Below, one piece after another: positions 17,897-25,721 of a stretch of DNA of 32,000 bases. Positions within the stretch are counted from its first letter, which is position 1; every line of letters begins with the position of its first letter. The DNA lies in assembly GCF_900103955.1 (NCBI RefSeq), contig NZ_FNIL01000014.1, positions 1 to 32,000 on the forward strand, read 5' to 3'. Position numbers and translations under genes: made by a program. The notes beneath the pieces are model-generated. The model saw only the letters and a program-made list of their open reading frames with translations, was not told where the DNA came from and did not search any database. This DNA is from Alkalicoccus daliensis. Lineage in GTDB: Bacteria > Bacillota > Bacilli > Bacillales > Salisediminibacteriaceae.

Positions 17897-18526
17897 TCAG
17901 CCGGAATCAGCTTCTTTTTTCATCTGCTGAAAAGCAACTACATTTGTTCCTTCCTGAATAAGCGCTTCTTGTTCCCGGTGGATTTTCCAATCAACAAATT
18001 TCAAGCTGCCTGCAAGAAGCTTTGCAATATTCATCACCGTATAAAGGCGGGTACTCTGCAGTACTGAGAGTTCCATAAAACCGGACACGTTAACAATGCC
18101 GGTTAAATAAATATCTCCTACAGGCGGCAGATCTCTTCCGAGTGCTGATCCTGGAAGCAGCGGTCCATCTCCAAGGACGATGGTTCCTACATTCTGATAA
18201 CTTCCGAGACAGGCATCGACCGCAATAACGAACGGGTCCTGGTGGTCTTCCTGGACCGTTTGTAAAACTTCCTGCAGATTTTTTGCATGCACAGGGGCTT
18301 CGAGTGTGCCGTACACATGAAAATGGGAGAGGCGGCGCTCTTTTAGGAAAGTGCCGGTCAGCGGGCCAAGTGAATCACCGGTGGACCGGTCCGTGCCGAT
18401 ACAAATAAGTACAAGAGGCCGTGAATCAGCCGGTATTTTACTTCGAAGCTGCTCAGACAGTTGTCGCATCGTATGAGGAGCATCCCAGAGAAAGCGAGTC
18501 TGCTCCACATAAAGTTTTTCCCTCAT
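17897..18526 (-). CDS. yyaC: YyaC family (DUF1256) spore-associated protein
   Basis: 'LVLICIGTDRSTGDSLGPLTGTFL...FHVYGTLEAPVHAKNLQEVL...PFVIAVDACLGSYQNVGTIVLGDGPLLPGSALGRDLPPVGDIYLTGIVNVSGFMEL'. Confidence 0.88.
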   Translation of the reverse strand: MREKLYVEQTRFLWDAPHTMRQLSEQLRSKIPADSRPLVLICIGTDRSTGDSLGPLTGTFLKERRLSHFHVYGTLEAPVHAKNLQEVLQTVQEDHQDPFVIAVDACLGSYQNVGTIVLGDGPLLPGSALGRDLPPVGDIYLTGIVNVSGFMELSVLQSTRLYTVMNIAKLLAGSLKFVDWKIHREQEALIQEGTNVVAFQQMKKEADSG

Positions 18527-18664
18527 ACATAAAACCCTCCGTTCGTTATAAAGAATAATTGTATGTTCATTATAACGTACACAACTTATAAATCAAGACC
18601 TTTACTGAAAAATATATTTTTGTATTTTTAAAAAAAGAGCAGGTGGTATAGTATAATAGTTTCA

Positions 18665-18696
18665 GCGGTATTCCGCCGCACGGGAGACACTCCCGT
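18665..18696 (+). promoter_or_regulatory. Two consecutive small hairpins in the 5' leader of the YjfB-like gene
   Basis: GCGG-tatt-CCGC and ACGGGAG-aca-CTCCCGT directly before the AAAGGAGG RBS. Confidence 0.5.
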
Positions 18697-18714
18697 AGAA
18701 AGGAGGAAGTTAGA

Positions 18715-18981
18715 ATGGACGTAGGCAGAATGTCAATGGCCACGAGTCAGGTCCAAACCCAGCAGCAGGCATCTGAACTGATGCAGCAGCATCAGCTGGT
18801 GGAGGAAGCAACTCAGCCGGAAGGACGTGCCGCAGCTGTAGGCACAGCTTCCGAGTTGAACAATCAGCAGCAGAAACACCAGCATGAGCAGCAGGAACAG
18901 CAGATCATGCAGCAGCTGATTGATCAGCAGCAAAGGTCGGTACAGCCGTATTTAGGCGGTATCGTTGATGTACGCGTATAG
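18715..18981 (+). CDS. Gln-rich YjfB-like putative motility protein
   Basis: N-terminus 'MDVGRMSMATSQVQTQQQAS' and C-terminus 'SVQPYLGGIVDVRV' match YjfB ends; His/Gln-rich middle; strong RBS. Confidence 0.7.
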   Translation: MDVGRMSMATSQVQTQQQASELMQQHQLVEEATQPEGRAAAVGTASELNNQQQKHQHEQQEQQIMQQLIDQQQRSVQPYLGGIVDVRV

Positions 18982-19221
18982 TGCATCATGCGGAAAAGTC
19001 GTTCTCTATAGAGAATGGCTTTTTTGTATGCAGAAGCAGGACAGATTACAGGATAGACTGTATATTCCTTATTTGTTCCTCTCAAGAGTAATATGCATAA
19101 ATTCATTATATTTTAAAATTCTTAATTTTCAAAATAATATACTTAATTTTCTGCACAATTATGTTATATTAGTGGTATAATGCTGTGCTTTGAGTGAATA
19201 TCAAATATGGAGGGATGCACG

Positions 19222-19578
19222 ATGCAGGAAAAAGGCTCGCCCCCTGTCAGCAGTTCCGGATTGAACCAGAATACAGCAGCTACGTTAAGTTATGTGCTCG
19301 GATTCATTACAGGACTCATTTTTTTATTTTTGGAAAAAGATAATAAGTTTATTCGCTATCATGCCATGCAGTCAATAGTCATATCCCTCGCTTTTCTGCT
19401 TATCAACACGATACTCAGCTTTATTCCGATCATCGGCTGGATTCTCGCACCGCTGTTTGCACCGGTTGCACTTATCATCTGGATTCTTTGCATGGTGAAA
19501 GCTTACCAGGGCCACTGGTATGAATTTCCTGTCGCAGGGAAATTCGCCAGGGAACAGGTGGAGAAAATGCCGTCTTAA
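19222..19578 (+). CDS. DUF4870/Tic20-like small membrane protein
   Basis: 'NTAATLSYVLGFITGLIFLFLEKDNKFIRYHAMQSIVISL...LCMVKAYQGHWYEFPVAGKFA'; ATG 19222 downstream of GGAGGG. Confidence 0.8.
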   Translation: MQEKGSPPVSSSGLNQNTAATLSYVLGFITGLIFLFLEKDNKFIRYHAMQSIVISLAFLLINTILSFIPIIGWILAPLFAPVALIIWILCMVKAYQGHWYEFPVAGKFAREQVEKMPS

Positions 19579-19587
19579 ACATATTGC

Positions 19588-19619
19588 AAAAAGGAGCAGC
19601 CTCTTGGGACTGCTCCTTT
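19588..19619. terminator. Bidirectional terminator between convergent genes
   Basis: AAAAAGGAGCAG ... CTGCTCCTTT. Confidence 0.8.
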
Positions 19620-19621
19620 AC

Positions 19622-20503
19622 TTATTCTGAAGAAGTAGACAGCGGGTTTTCCTTATCGCTCATCCATTCATTCAGGGAACCATCATACACTGCCGCTTCT
19701 TTTCCCAGAGAGGCAAGCGCAAGTGCATTCCAGGTAGCTGCCACGCCGCCCCCGCAGTACGTAATTACTTTTTTCTCCGGGTCAAGCGCGCCGGTGGAGG
19801 TGAAAATTGCCCTTAAAGTGTCTTCGTGCGGAAGAGAGCCGGAAGGCGTACTTAAATCCCCGAAAAACACATGCTCACTGCCGGGAATATGTCCTTTTCT
19901 CGGATAGTTGTTTGTCTCCCCGCGAAAATCTTCACTGGATAGGCAGTTCATAATAATTGTTTTTTCATCGTACATAGAATCTTTAATATCATTGATAGTA
20001 GCGTAAAGTTCCGGCCGGTATCTGCCGATAAAAGAACCAGCGGCCGTTAACGGGATTTCCTCTGTTAATGGTTTTGCTTCCTGTTTCCACTTGGGCAGGC
20101 CGCCGCCGAGAACAAATACTTTATTATGGCCGGAAAGTCGAAACTGCCACCATAACCGCGATGCCCAGTCTGAAGAAGTGAAGGTGGCGCCGACTACCGG
20201 ACCGCGGTCATAAATCACCACGGTAGTGTCATCGTCGATTCCGAGTCCCCTTGCTTCATGGACAAAGGACTCGTGCGGGAGAGCGGTAAGCGGCTGCGCG
20301 GCATCTACATCGGAAAACTGTGTAAGCAGGTTCGCGAAAACAGCGTTTGGCAGATGTGCCAGCTGATAAGCTTCCTCGCCGGGAGTAATACGAAGGCCTT
20401 CATCTGTCTGTTCCATAAATACAGTCGCATCAATAATACGAAGGTTGTCATCATCTTTATGCTCAAAAAGCCAATCTGTCGTTACGAGTGGATGTACGTC
20501 CAT
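19622..20503 (-). CDS. Sulfurtransferase (tandem rhodanese domains)
   Basis: 'VTTDWLFEHKDDDNLRIIDA...HLPNAVF', 'YDRG', 'GRYRPE', active-site 'VITYCGGGVAATWNALALASLG'. ATG 20503 follows aaaggagc. Confidence 0.87.
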   Translation of the reverse strand: MDVHPLVTTDWLFEHKDDDNLRIIDATVFMEQTDEGLRITPGEEAYQLAHLPNAVFANLLTQFSDVDAAQPLTALPHESFVHEARGLGIDDDTTVVIYDRGPVVGATFTSSDWASRLWWQFRLSGHNKVFVLGGGLPKWKQEAKPLTEEIPLTAAGSFIGRYRPELYATINDIKDSMYDEKTIIMNCLSSEDFRGETNNYPRKGHIPGSEHVFFGDLSTPSGSLPHEDTLRAIFTSTGALDPEKKVITYCGGGVAATWNALALASLGKEAAVYDGSLNEWMSDKENPLSTSSE

Positions 20504-20595
20504 TAATATCACGCTCCTTTTTCCTTTTTAGTATACCGATAGATCCGTTTCGATACGAATAATATGCTGATGCTCAATTAAACAGGAGGATGCTT

Positions 20596-20823
20596 ATGAA
20601 TGCGAATGAATTGTTTCTTCAGGAACAGCTGGAGTGGACGAAAAAAAGAATGGCGCTTTATGATGCTATAGAAAATAAACTGAGAGAAATGCGGGAAATA
20701 GCGGAAGAAGCTGCGGACAACCGTGCGACTGATGCAGACCGGTTGCATCTGCAGCAGCAAATAGAAGAAAAACAGACGGAACTGGAAGAGCTCCAGTCGG
20801 AACTGGAAACAATCGTTCATTAA
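20596..20823 (+). CDS. Small coiled-coil hypothetical protein
   Basis: MNANELFLQEQLEWTKKRMALYDAIENKLREMREIAEEAADNRATDADRLHLQQQIEEKQTELEELQSELETIVH; AGGAGG at 20584. Confidence 0.6.
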   Translation: MNANELFLQEQLEWTKKRMALYDAIENKLREMREIAEEAADNRATDADRLHLQQQIEEKQTELEELQSELETIVH

Positions 20824-20896
20824 GACAAGTTGAGGAAGGAAGTCCCGCAAAAAATAATTCACCTTTCCGCCGCATGGAGAAATAATTAAATTTCCT

Positions 20897-20923
20897 TAAA
20901 CAAATCGGTGCACCTGCCGATAT
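20897..20923 (+). promoter_or_regulatory. SigD-type promoter (TAAA-N15-GCCGATAT)
   Basis: TAAA 20897-20900, 15-nt spacer, GCCGATAT 20916-20923. Confidence 0.85.
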
Positions 20924-21035
20924 TACACTTAGCGCATATAATGACTATATTTATCAGCAGAAGGTCCGACTGGATCAATTTCTACATGGAAATTCTAAAG
21001 TGCTGCAGAAAATAACGAAATTGAAGAAGATAAGC

Positions 21036-21090
21036 AAAAACAGAAAAAAGAAGCCTCGTGCCGATTTTTTCTGTTTTTTATTTTTTTCAG
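21036..21090 (+). terminator. Intrinsic-terminator-like hairpin upstream of fliD copy 1
   Basis: AAAAACAGAAAAAA (21036-21049), 15-nt loop, TTTTTTCTGTTTTT (21065-21078), then T-rich run. Confidence 0.65.
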
Positions 21091-21169
21091 CATATTTTCA
21101 GGTGTTCTATATCTAACAAAGATGAATTACATAATGAAAGCATAACAGTAAATTCGAAGGGATGATTGG

Positions 21170-22777
21170 ATGGATGGCATGAACAGGATGACGGGGTTTG
21201 CCTCCGGAATGGATATAAACCAGATGGTATCAGATTTAATGCGAGCGGAGCGGCAACCGCTGGAACCTATGCAGCAGAATTCTATGGAGCTGCAGCTGAA
21301 AATTGATGAATACAGGCAGATGAATTTAAAATTTTCGGAGTTTCGCAACAACACGTTTGACGGTATTTTACGCTCCTCTAACATGCGGTCAAGAGAAACT
21401 GTCAGTTCCAATGAAGCTGCTGTGACTGCACGGGCTTCCGCAAGTACGCCAGAGGGAAGCTACACCATATCCGATGCTTCTCTCGCCAGGGCGGAAATGC
21501 ACGTATCTGAAGCGGCGGGAGAAAACGGGTCTTTTGTAAATGACCTAGCTGCATTTGACCGCAGTGAAAGTTTTCTCCAGCAGGCAGAACTTTTACATGG
21601 CGTAGAAGAAGGCCAGACCGAAGCTGCGTTTGCTATTGCAGTATTTGATGAAAATGGTGCTGCAGTGCCGCAGGAATTTACTGTGGATGAAAGCAGCAGT
21701 CTCGATGATATTCTCAATGATGTGAATCAGTCTGCATTAGGTGTACAGGCTTTTTATGATGAATTCTCCGGAAGGATTTCTCTGCAGAGAGCAGAAACGG
21801 GCGTTTTTAATGAGACTGGGAATGAAATTCAGTTTGGGGAAATAGATGCAGACGGGGAGTTTATAGAAGCTGAACCAGGAGAGCAGCATTTCTTTTCCAC
21901 GGCCTTTGGGCTGGAAAACAATACGCCGATGCAGGAAGCAGCAAATGCGGCCTTTACGATGAATGGGCTCAGTGAAATGGAAAGACGCAGCAATTCTTTT
22001 GAAATAAACGGGTTAAATGTAACTTTGAATCAGCCCTTCACTGAACAAGTATCGATCGGTGTATCTTCAGATGACGAAAAAATATTTGATACAGTAATGG
22101 GATTTGTTGAAGATTATAATGAGCTCGTAAGTGCAATGCAGGAAAAAACAGGGGAAGAATATTTCCGGGATTATGCACCTCTAACAGATGAGCAGCGGAG
22201 AGAATTATCAGACACAGAGGTGGAAATGTGGGAGGAAAAGTCAAACAGCGGCCTGCTGCGGAGAGACAGTATTATTTCGGGTGCGGTCAGCTCCATGAGA
22301 TCCCAGTTTTATGAACCGGTGAATACAGCGGATGGTGATCAGGCTTTCACACAGATTACAGAAATAGGCATAACTACTTCCACCGATTTCCGCCAGGGCG
22401 GGATACTGGAAGTGAATGAGGAGCAGCTGCGCGCCTCTATCGCGGAAGATCCGGATGCGGTATTTAACTTATTTGCCGCAGATGGAGAAACACAGGAAGA
22501 GCGCGGAATAGCGAGAAGGCTCCGTGCTACGCTCGACGACAGCATCCAGCAGATCGGACAGCGTGCCGGACGCACGGAAATGTCCGGGAATCAGACATTT
22601 ACTCTCGGCAGGGAGCTCGAACAGCAGTCAGATCAAATTTCGAATTTTGAGCGACGGATGCAGCAGGTCGAACAGCGTTACTGGAGCCAGTTCAATGCTA
22701 TGGAACAGGCAATGGCCCGTGCGAACGCACAGGCCGAACAGCTGATGTCGCAGATGGGCGGCAAGCAGGGAATGTAG
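21170..22777 (+). CDS. fliD: Flagellar filament-capping protein FliD (copy 1)
   Basis: 'GFASGMDINQMVSDLMRAERQPLEPMQQNSMELQLKIDEYRQMNLKFSEFRNNTFD' and C-terminal 'GILEVNEEQLRASIAEDPDAVFNLFAADG...ISNFERRMQQVEQRYWSQFNAMEQAM'. Confidence 0.9.
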   Translation: MDGMNRMTGFASGMDINQMVSDLMRAERQPLEPMQQNSMELQLKIDEYRQMNLKFSEFRNNTFDGILRSSNMRSRETVSSNEAAVTARASASTPEGSYTISDASLARAEMHVSEAAGENGSFVNDLAAFDRSESFLQQAELLHGVEEGQTEAAFAIAVFDENGAAVPQEFTVDESSSLDDILNDVNQSALGVQAFYDEFSGRISLQRAETGVFNETGNEIQFGEIDADGEFIEAEPGEQHFFSTAFGLENNTPMQEAANAAFTMNGLSEMERRSNSFEINGLNVTLNQPFTEQVSIGVSSDDEKIFDTVMGFVEDYNELVSAMQEKTGEEYFRDYAPLTDEQRRELSDTEVEMWEEKSNSGLLRRDSIISGAVSSMRSQFYEPVNTADGDQAFTQITEIGITTSTDFRQGGILEVNEEQLRASIAEDPDAVFNLFAADGETQEERGIARRLRATLDDSIQQIGQRAGRTEMSGNQTFTLGRELEQQSDQISNFERRMQQVEQRYWSQFNAMEQAMARANAQAEQLMSQMGGKQGM

Positions 22778-22807
22778 GCAGGTTCCATACTGGCAATGCA
22801 GTTCATT

Positions 22808-23392
22808 TTAAAATATCATCAGGAGAATACTGCCAATTAAAGCAGTAATAATAAGAAAATGGACTGCTTTTAAAAGGGTTTTCCTAAATACAGAATTTTC
22901 TCCGAACTGGTAAGAGAGGTAAAAGCCTATCAGCGGATAAGCAGTAAATACAAAAGGAACTACAAAAAAGATACTTAAAATCCCGGTTATCCAGCTTGTG
23001 TACTGATTCAATAAGAACAAACTGAGCAGGAAGGGTACAGTGGTAAACACTGTATACTTTGCATAAGATTTCATTTGAGAAAGGTAAAATTCTTTCTGGG
23101 TGTCCGGGTCAGAATAAATCGGAGTCGTTCCCGCCGGAGCCCGGAAAATATATAAAGAGCCCTGGGAAGCAGCCAGCTCCCATCCTGCTGCCTCGAACAT
23201 CTCAAAATATTCTGCCTCCGGATTGTCCCGGAAATCAATTTTATAGGTGAAATCTGCGGGCTCTCCTTTTTCAAAGAGATAATTGAGTCCACGGAACCCG
23301 CTTAAATGATTTCCGTTCTGCGATTCCTCACGCAGCATTTCCATATCGTCAGACTCACCAAAAGCTAAACCGCTACTCCATTTTTTCTTCAT
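22808..23392 (-). CDS. DUF2812 domain membrane protein
   Basis: 'LSGFRGLNYLFEKGEPADFTYKIDFRDNPEAEYFEMFEAAGWELAASQGSLYIFRAP' plus C-terminal TM segments; ATG 23392 behind GGAGGG. Confidence 0.75.
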   Translation of the reverse strand: MKKKWSSGLAFGESDDMEMLREESQNGNHLSGFRGLNYLFEKGEPADFTYKIDFRDNPEAEYFEMFEAAGWELAASQGSLYIFRAPAGTTPIYSDPDTQKEFYLSQMKSYAKYTVFTTVPFLLSLFLLNQYTSWITGILSIFFVVPFVFTAYPLIGFYLSYQFGENSVFRKTLLKAVHFLIITALIGSILLMIF

Positions 23393-23717
23393 TGATATTT
23401 CCCTCCAGTGCAATTTTTCCGTGCTGTACCATCATTTCCCGGCGCACCACTTCTTTTTGCAGGACTGTTTTCCCATAATTTGAAATAAGATAGACTTTTT
23501 TATTGTTTTCCTCCAGTTTCTCTACGATCAGTTCTTTTGTTTTCAGCTTTTTCAGCGTGGTGTACATAGAAGCCGGACCAATTTTCAGCGTTCCATTAGT
23601 CATCTTTTCAATCGCCTGCATAATTGCGTACCCATGCATCGGCTGCAGCAGTGTGATTAAAATATAATACATTGTATCAGTGAGCTCTCCCTGCTTCAGG
23701 GATTCGTTTCTTGCCAA
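23373..23717 (-). CDS. PadR family transcriptional regulator
   Basis: 'GELTDTMYYILITLLQPMHGYAIMQAIEKMTNGTLKIGPASMYTTLKKLKTKELI'; TTG start with GGAGGTG RBS; overlaps the DUF2812 gene start by ~20 nt. Confidence 0.88.
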   Translation of the reverse strand: MARNESLKQGELTDTMYYILITLLQPMHGYAIMQAIEKMTNGTLKIGPASMYTTLKKLKTKELIVEKLEENNKKVYLISNYGKTVLQKEVVRREMMVQHGKIALEGNINEEKME

Positions 23718-23731
23718 TTACTTCACCTCCA

Positions 23732-23780
23732 TATATCGTTTAATGATATATCTGTTAATAATATATCATTAAACGATATA
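23732..23780. promoter_or_regulatory. PadR autoregulatory operator candidate: perfect 20-bp inverted repeat
   Basis: TATATCGTTTAATGATATAT (23732-23751) / 9-nt spacer / ATATATCATTAAACGATATA (23761-23780), adjacent to the padR RBS. Confidence 0.75.
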
Positions 23781-24028
23781 ATGATCAAGTATTTATCTTA
23801 TGTTTCTGGATTGATTTAGCCGCATCAGCTTATAATTCCTGCTTAGGAAAGGCAGGTTTCTGTTGGGAATTGAAGGAGAACCTTAAATCGGTAAAATTAT
23901 CTATTTATGAAATTCTTTCTTCTGTAAACTCACAGACTGATGCATCTAAATCTAATATAAAAATACCAGCGGATTAAAAGCTGGTTTCTTGCGTAGAAAA
24001 AGAGGGCATGTTAAGATAAAATTATAAA

Positions 24029-24045
24029 TGACTGACAGTCAGTCA
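24029..24045. promoter_or_regulatory. TetR-type operator palindrome
   Basis: TGACTGAC-A-GTCAGTCA immediately upstream of the tetR-like RBS. Confidence 0.8.
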
Positions 24046-24061
24046 AAAGCAGGAGGGCGAA

Positions 24062-24634
24062 ATGAGAGAAGAAAAACAGAGGAAAATTGTGGATGCAGCG
24101 ATGGAAGTTATTGAAGAACACGGATTTGAAAAAGCATCTGTTTCTCAGTTTGTGAAAAGGGCAGGAGTCGCGCAGGGGACTTTCTATTTATACTTCTCCT
24201 CCAAAAATGAAATTGTTCCTGCGATCGCAGAAAGAATCTTGACAGAGCAGCTGAAAAGGGTGCAGGAGAGAGCAGGGGAAAGCCCTTCCCGCAAAGAGCT
24301 CCTGCACGCGCTGATTGATATTACATTTGATATTACAGAAGAATACAAATCGCTGATCAGCTTCTGCTACGCAGGGATTGCGCTGTATTATTCTTTCGAA
24401 CGATGGGAAGAAATCTACCGTCCGTATTACAGCTGGCTGGAGGAACAATTTGAACATCTGCGCAGCGATAAAAAAATAGCGGGAAATGTAGCGCTGGCAT
24501 ATCAGGTAAATTATACGGTCGGCTTAATTGAACACGGTGCAGAATCTTATTATTTATCCCATACCGCTGCTGGGGACAGGAAAGAAATGAAGAAGCAGCT
24601 TTATAAATTTACAAAACAGGCACTTTATGCTTAA
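24062..24634 (+). CDS. TetR/AcrR family transcriptional regulator
   Basis: 'RKIVDAAMEVIEEHGFEKASVSQFVKRAGVAQGTFYLYFSSKNEIVPAIAERIL'. Confidence 0.9.
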   Translation: MREEKQRKIVDAAMEVIEEHGFEKASVSQFVKRAGVAQGTFYLYFSSKNEIVPAIAERILTEQLKRVQERAGESPSRKELLHALIDITFDITEEYKSLISFCYAGIALYYSFERWEEIYRPYYSWLEEQFEHLRSDKKIAGNVALAYQVNYTVGLIEHGAESYYLSHTAAGDRKEMKKQLYKFTKQALYA

Positions 24635-24662
24635 TGAACATTAAAAATTTTGAGGTGGAATA

Positions 24663-25574
24663 ATGAACGGCGTATCAGAAAAAAGAATTCTTTGGATGTC
24701 TGTAATTGCAGCCATCCTTTTTTCGGTGGCAGGAGTAACGCTGGGACTTCTGTTCGATTCTCAGATGATATTATTCGATGGCTTATATTCGTTTATCAGT
24801 GTAGGGCTTTCTTATATTTCTCTGGCAGCATTAAAATTTATGAATCAATCTGATTGGGAAAAATACCCTTTCGGGAAGGATATGTTAGAACCGATTGTTA
24901 TCCTTGTAAAATATACGGTCATTCTTCTGCTTGTCACAGGTTCCATCCTCGCAGCTGCAGTCTCGCTGTTTCAGGGCGGCAGGGATTTCCAGGTAGGCCC
25001 CGCCTTTTTATACGCAGCTGTATCTATGGCTGCTTGTCTTGGAGTGTACGTATATCTACGAAAGAAAAGTCACACGGGAAGCTCCTTGGTAAGGGCCGAA
25101 GCAAACCAGTGGATGATGGATTCGCTTGTGAGTGTAGGAGTATTTATTGGCTTTCTCGGTGCACTCGTATTGCAGCGCTTCGGCTATCAGGGCATCGTGC
25201 CTTATATAGATCCGGTCATGGTAATGCTTGTATCTCTCTATTTTCTGAAGTTTCCTTTAAAAGAGATGAAAAACGCCTGGAAGGAAGTACTGGAAATGGC
25301 GCCGGAAGATAATGTGCGGGAAAGAGTGCAGGAAAAAGTTGCAGAAATTGAGAAGCAGCACAAAATTGAAGAAAGCTTTATTAGAATCTCCCGCGTAGGG
25401 AGGACCATCTGGGTGGAAATCGATTTAGTGGCCGGCAGTGATCCTTCTCTGGAATCTTTAAGTGTCCAGGATAATGTAAGAGAAAAAATTGCAGAAGTGC
25501 TGGAAGGGACAGCTCCGAAAAAGTGGCTGACTGTTTGTTTTATGAAAGACAGGCGCTGGGCGGTAGAGGAATAG
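24663..25574 (+). CDS. Cation diffusion facilitator (CDF)-family transporter, atypical
   Basis: 'VAGVTLGLLFDSQMILFDGLYSFISVGLSYISL...YPFGKDMLEPIVILVKY...EANQWMMDSLVSVGVFIG' with C-terminal soluble domain. Confidence 0.82.
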   Translation: MNGVSEKRILWMSVIAAILFSVAGVTLGLLFDSQMILFDGLYSFISVGLSYISLAALKFMNQSDWEKYPFGKDMLEPIVILVKYTVILLLVTGSILAAAVSLFQGGRDFQVGPAFLYAAVSMAACLGVYVYLRKKSHTGSSLVRAEANQWMMDSLVSVGVFIGFLGALVLQRFGYQGIVPYIDPVMVMLVSLYFLKFPLKEMKNAWKEVLEMAPEDNVRERVQEKVAEIEKQHKIEESFIRISRVGRTIWVEIDLVAGSDPSLESLSVQDNVREKIAEVLEGTAPKKWLTVCFMKDRRWAVEE

Positions 25575-25626
25575 GAAAGAAGTGCGATGCTTGTATGTCT
25601 TAAGCCCTGTTTTCGGGAAAAATCCT

Positions 25627-25653
25627 TCAATCAGGAAGTGTAATAACCGATAT
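25627..25653 (+). promoter_or_regulatory. SigD-type promoter (TCAA-N15-ACCGATAT)
   Basis: TCAA 25627-25630, 15-nt spacer, ACCGATAT 25646-25653; upstream of fliD copy 2. Confidence 0.7.
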
Positions 25654-25721
25654 GATAAATAGCATAATATATCGGGTAATTTACAGTTCCATACAACAGA
25701 ATAGTCAGAGGAGTGAAAGAC

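Noticed and set aside
20941-21015. 24-codon ORF just downstream of the 20897 SigD promoter
   Set aside because: No RBS and too close to the predicted transcription start; more likely noncoding leader.
23373-23780. PadR/DUF2812 locus as a toxin-antitoxin or defence system
   Set aside because: PadR + DUF2812 is a commonly seen regulator/membrane protein pairing; no nuclease, toxin or phage-defence domain is visible.
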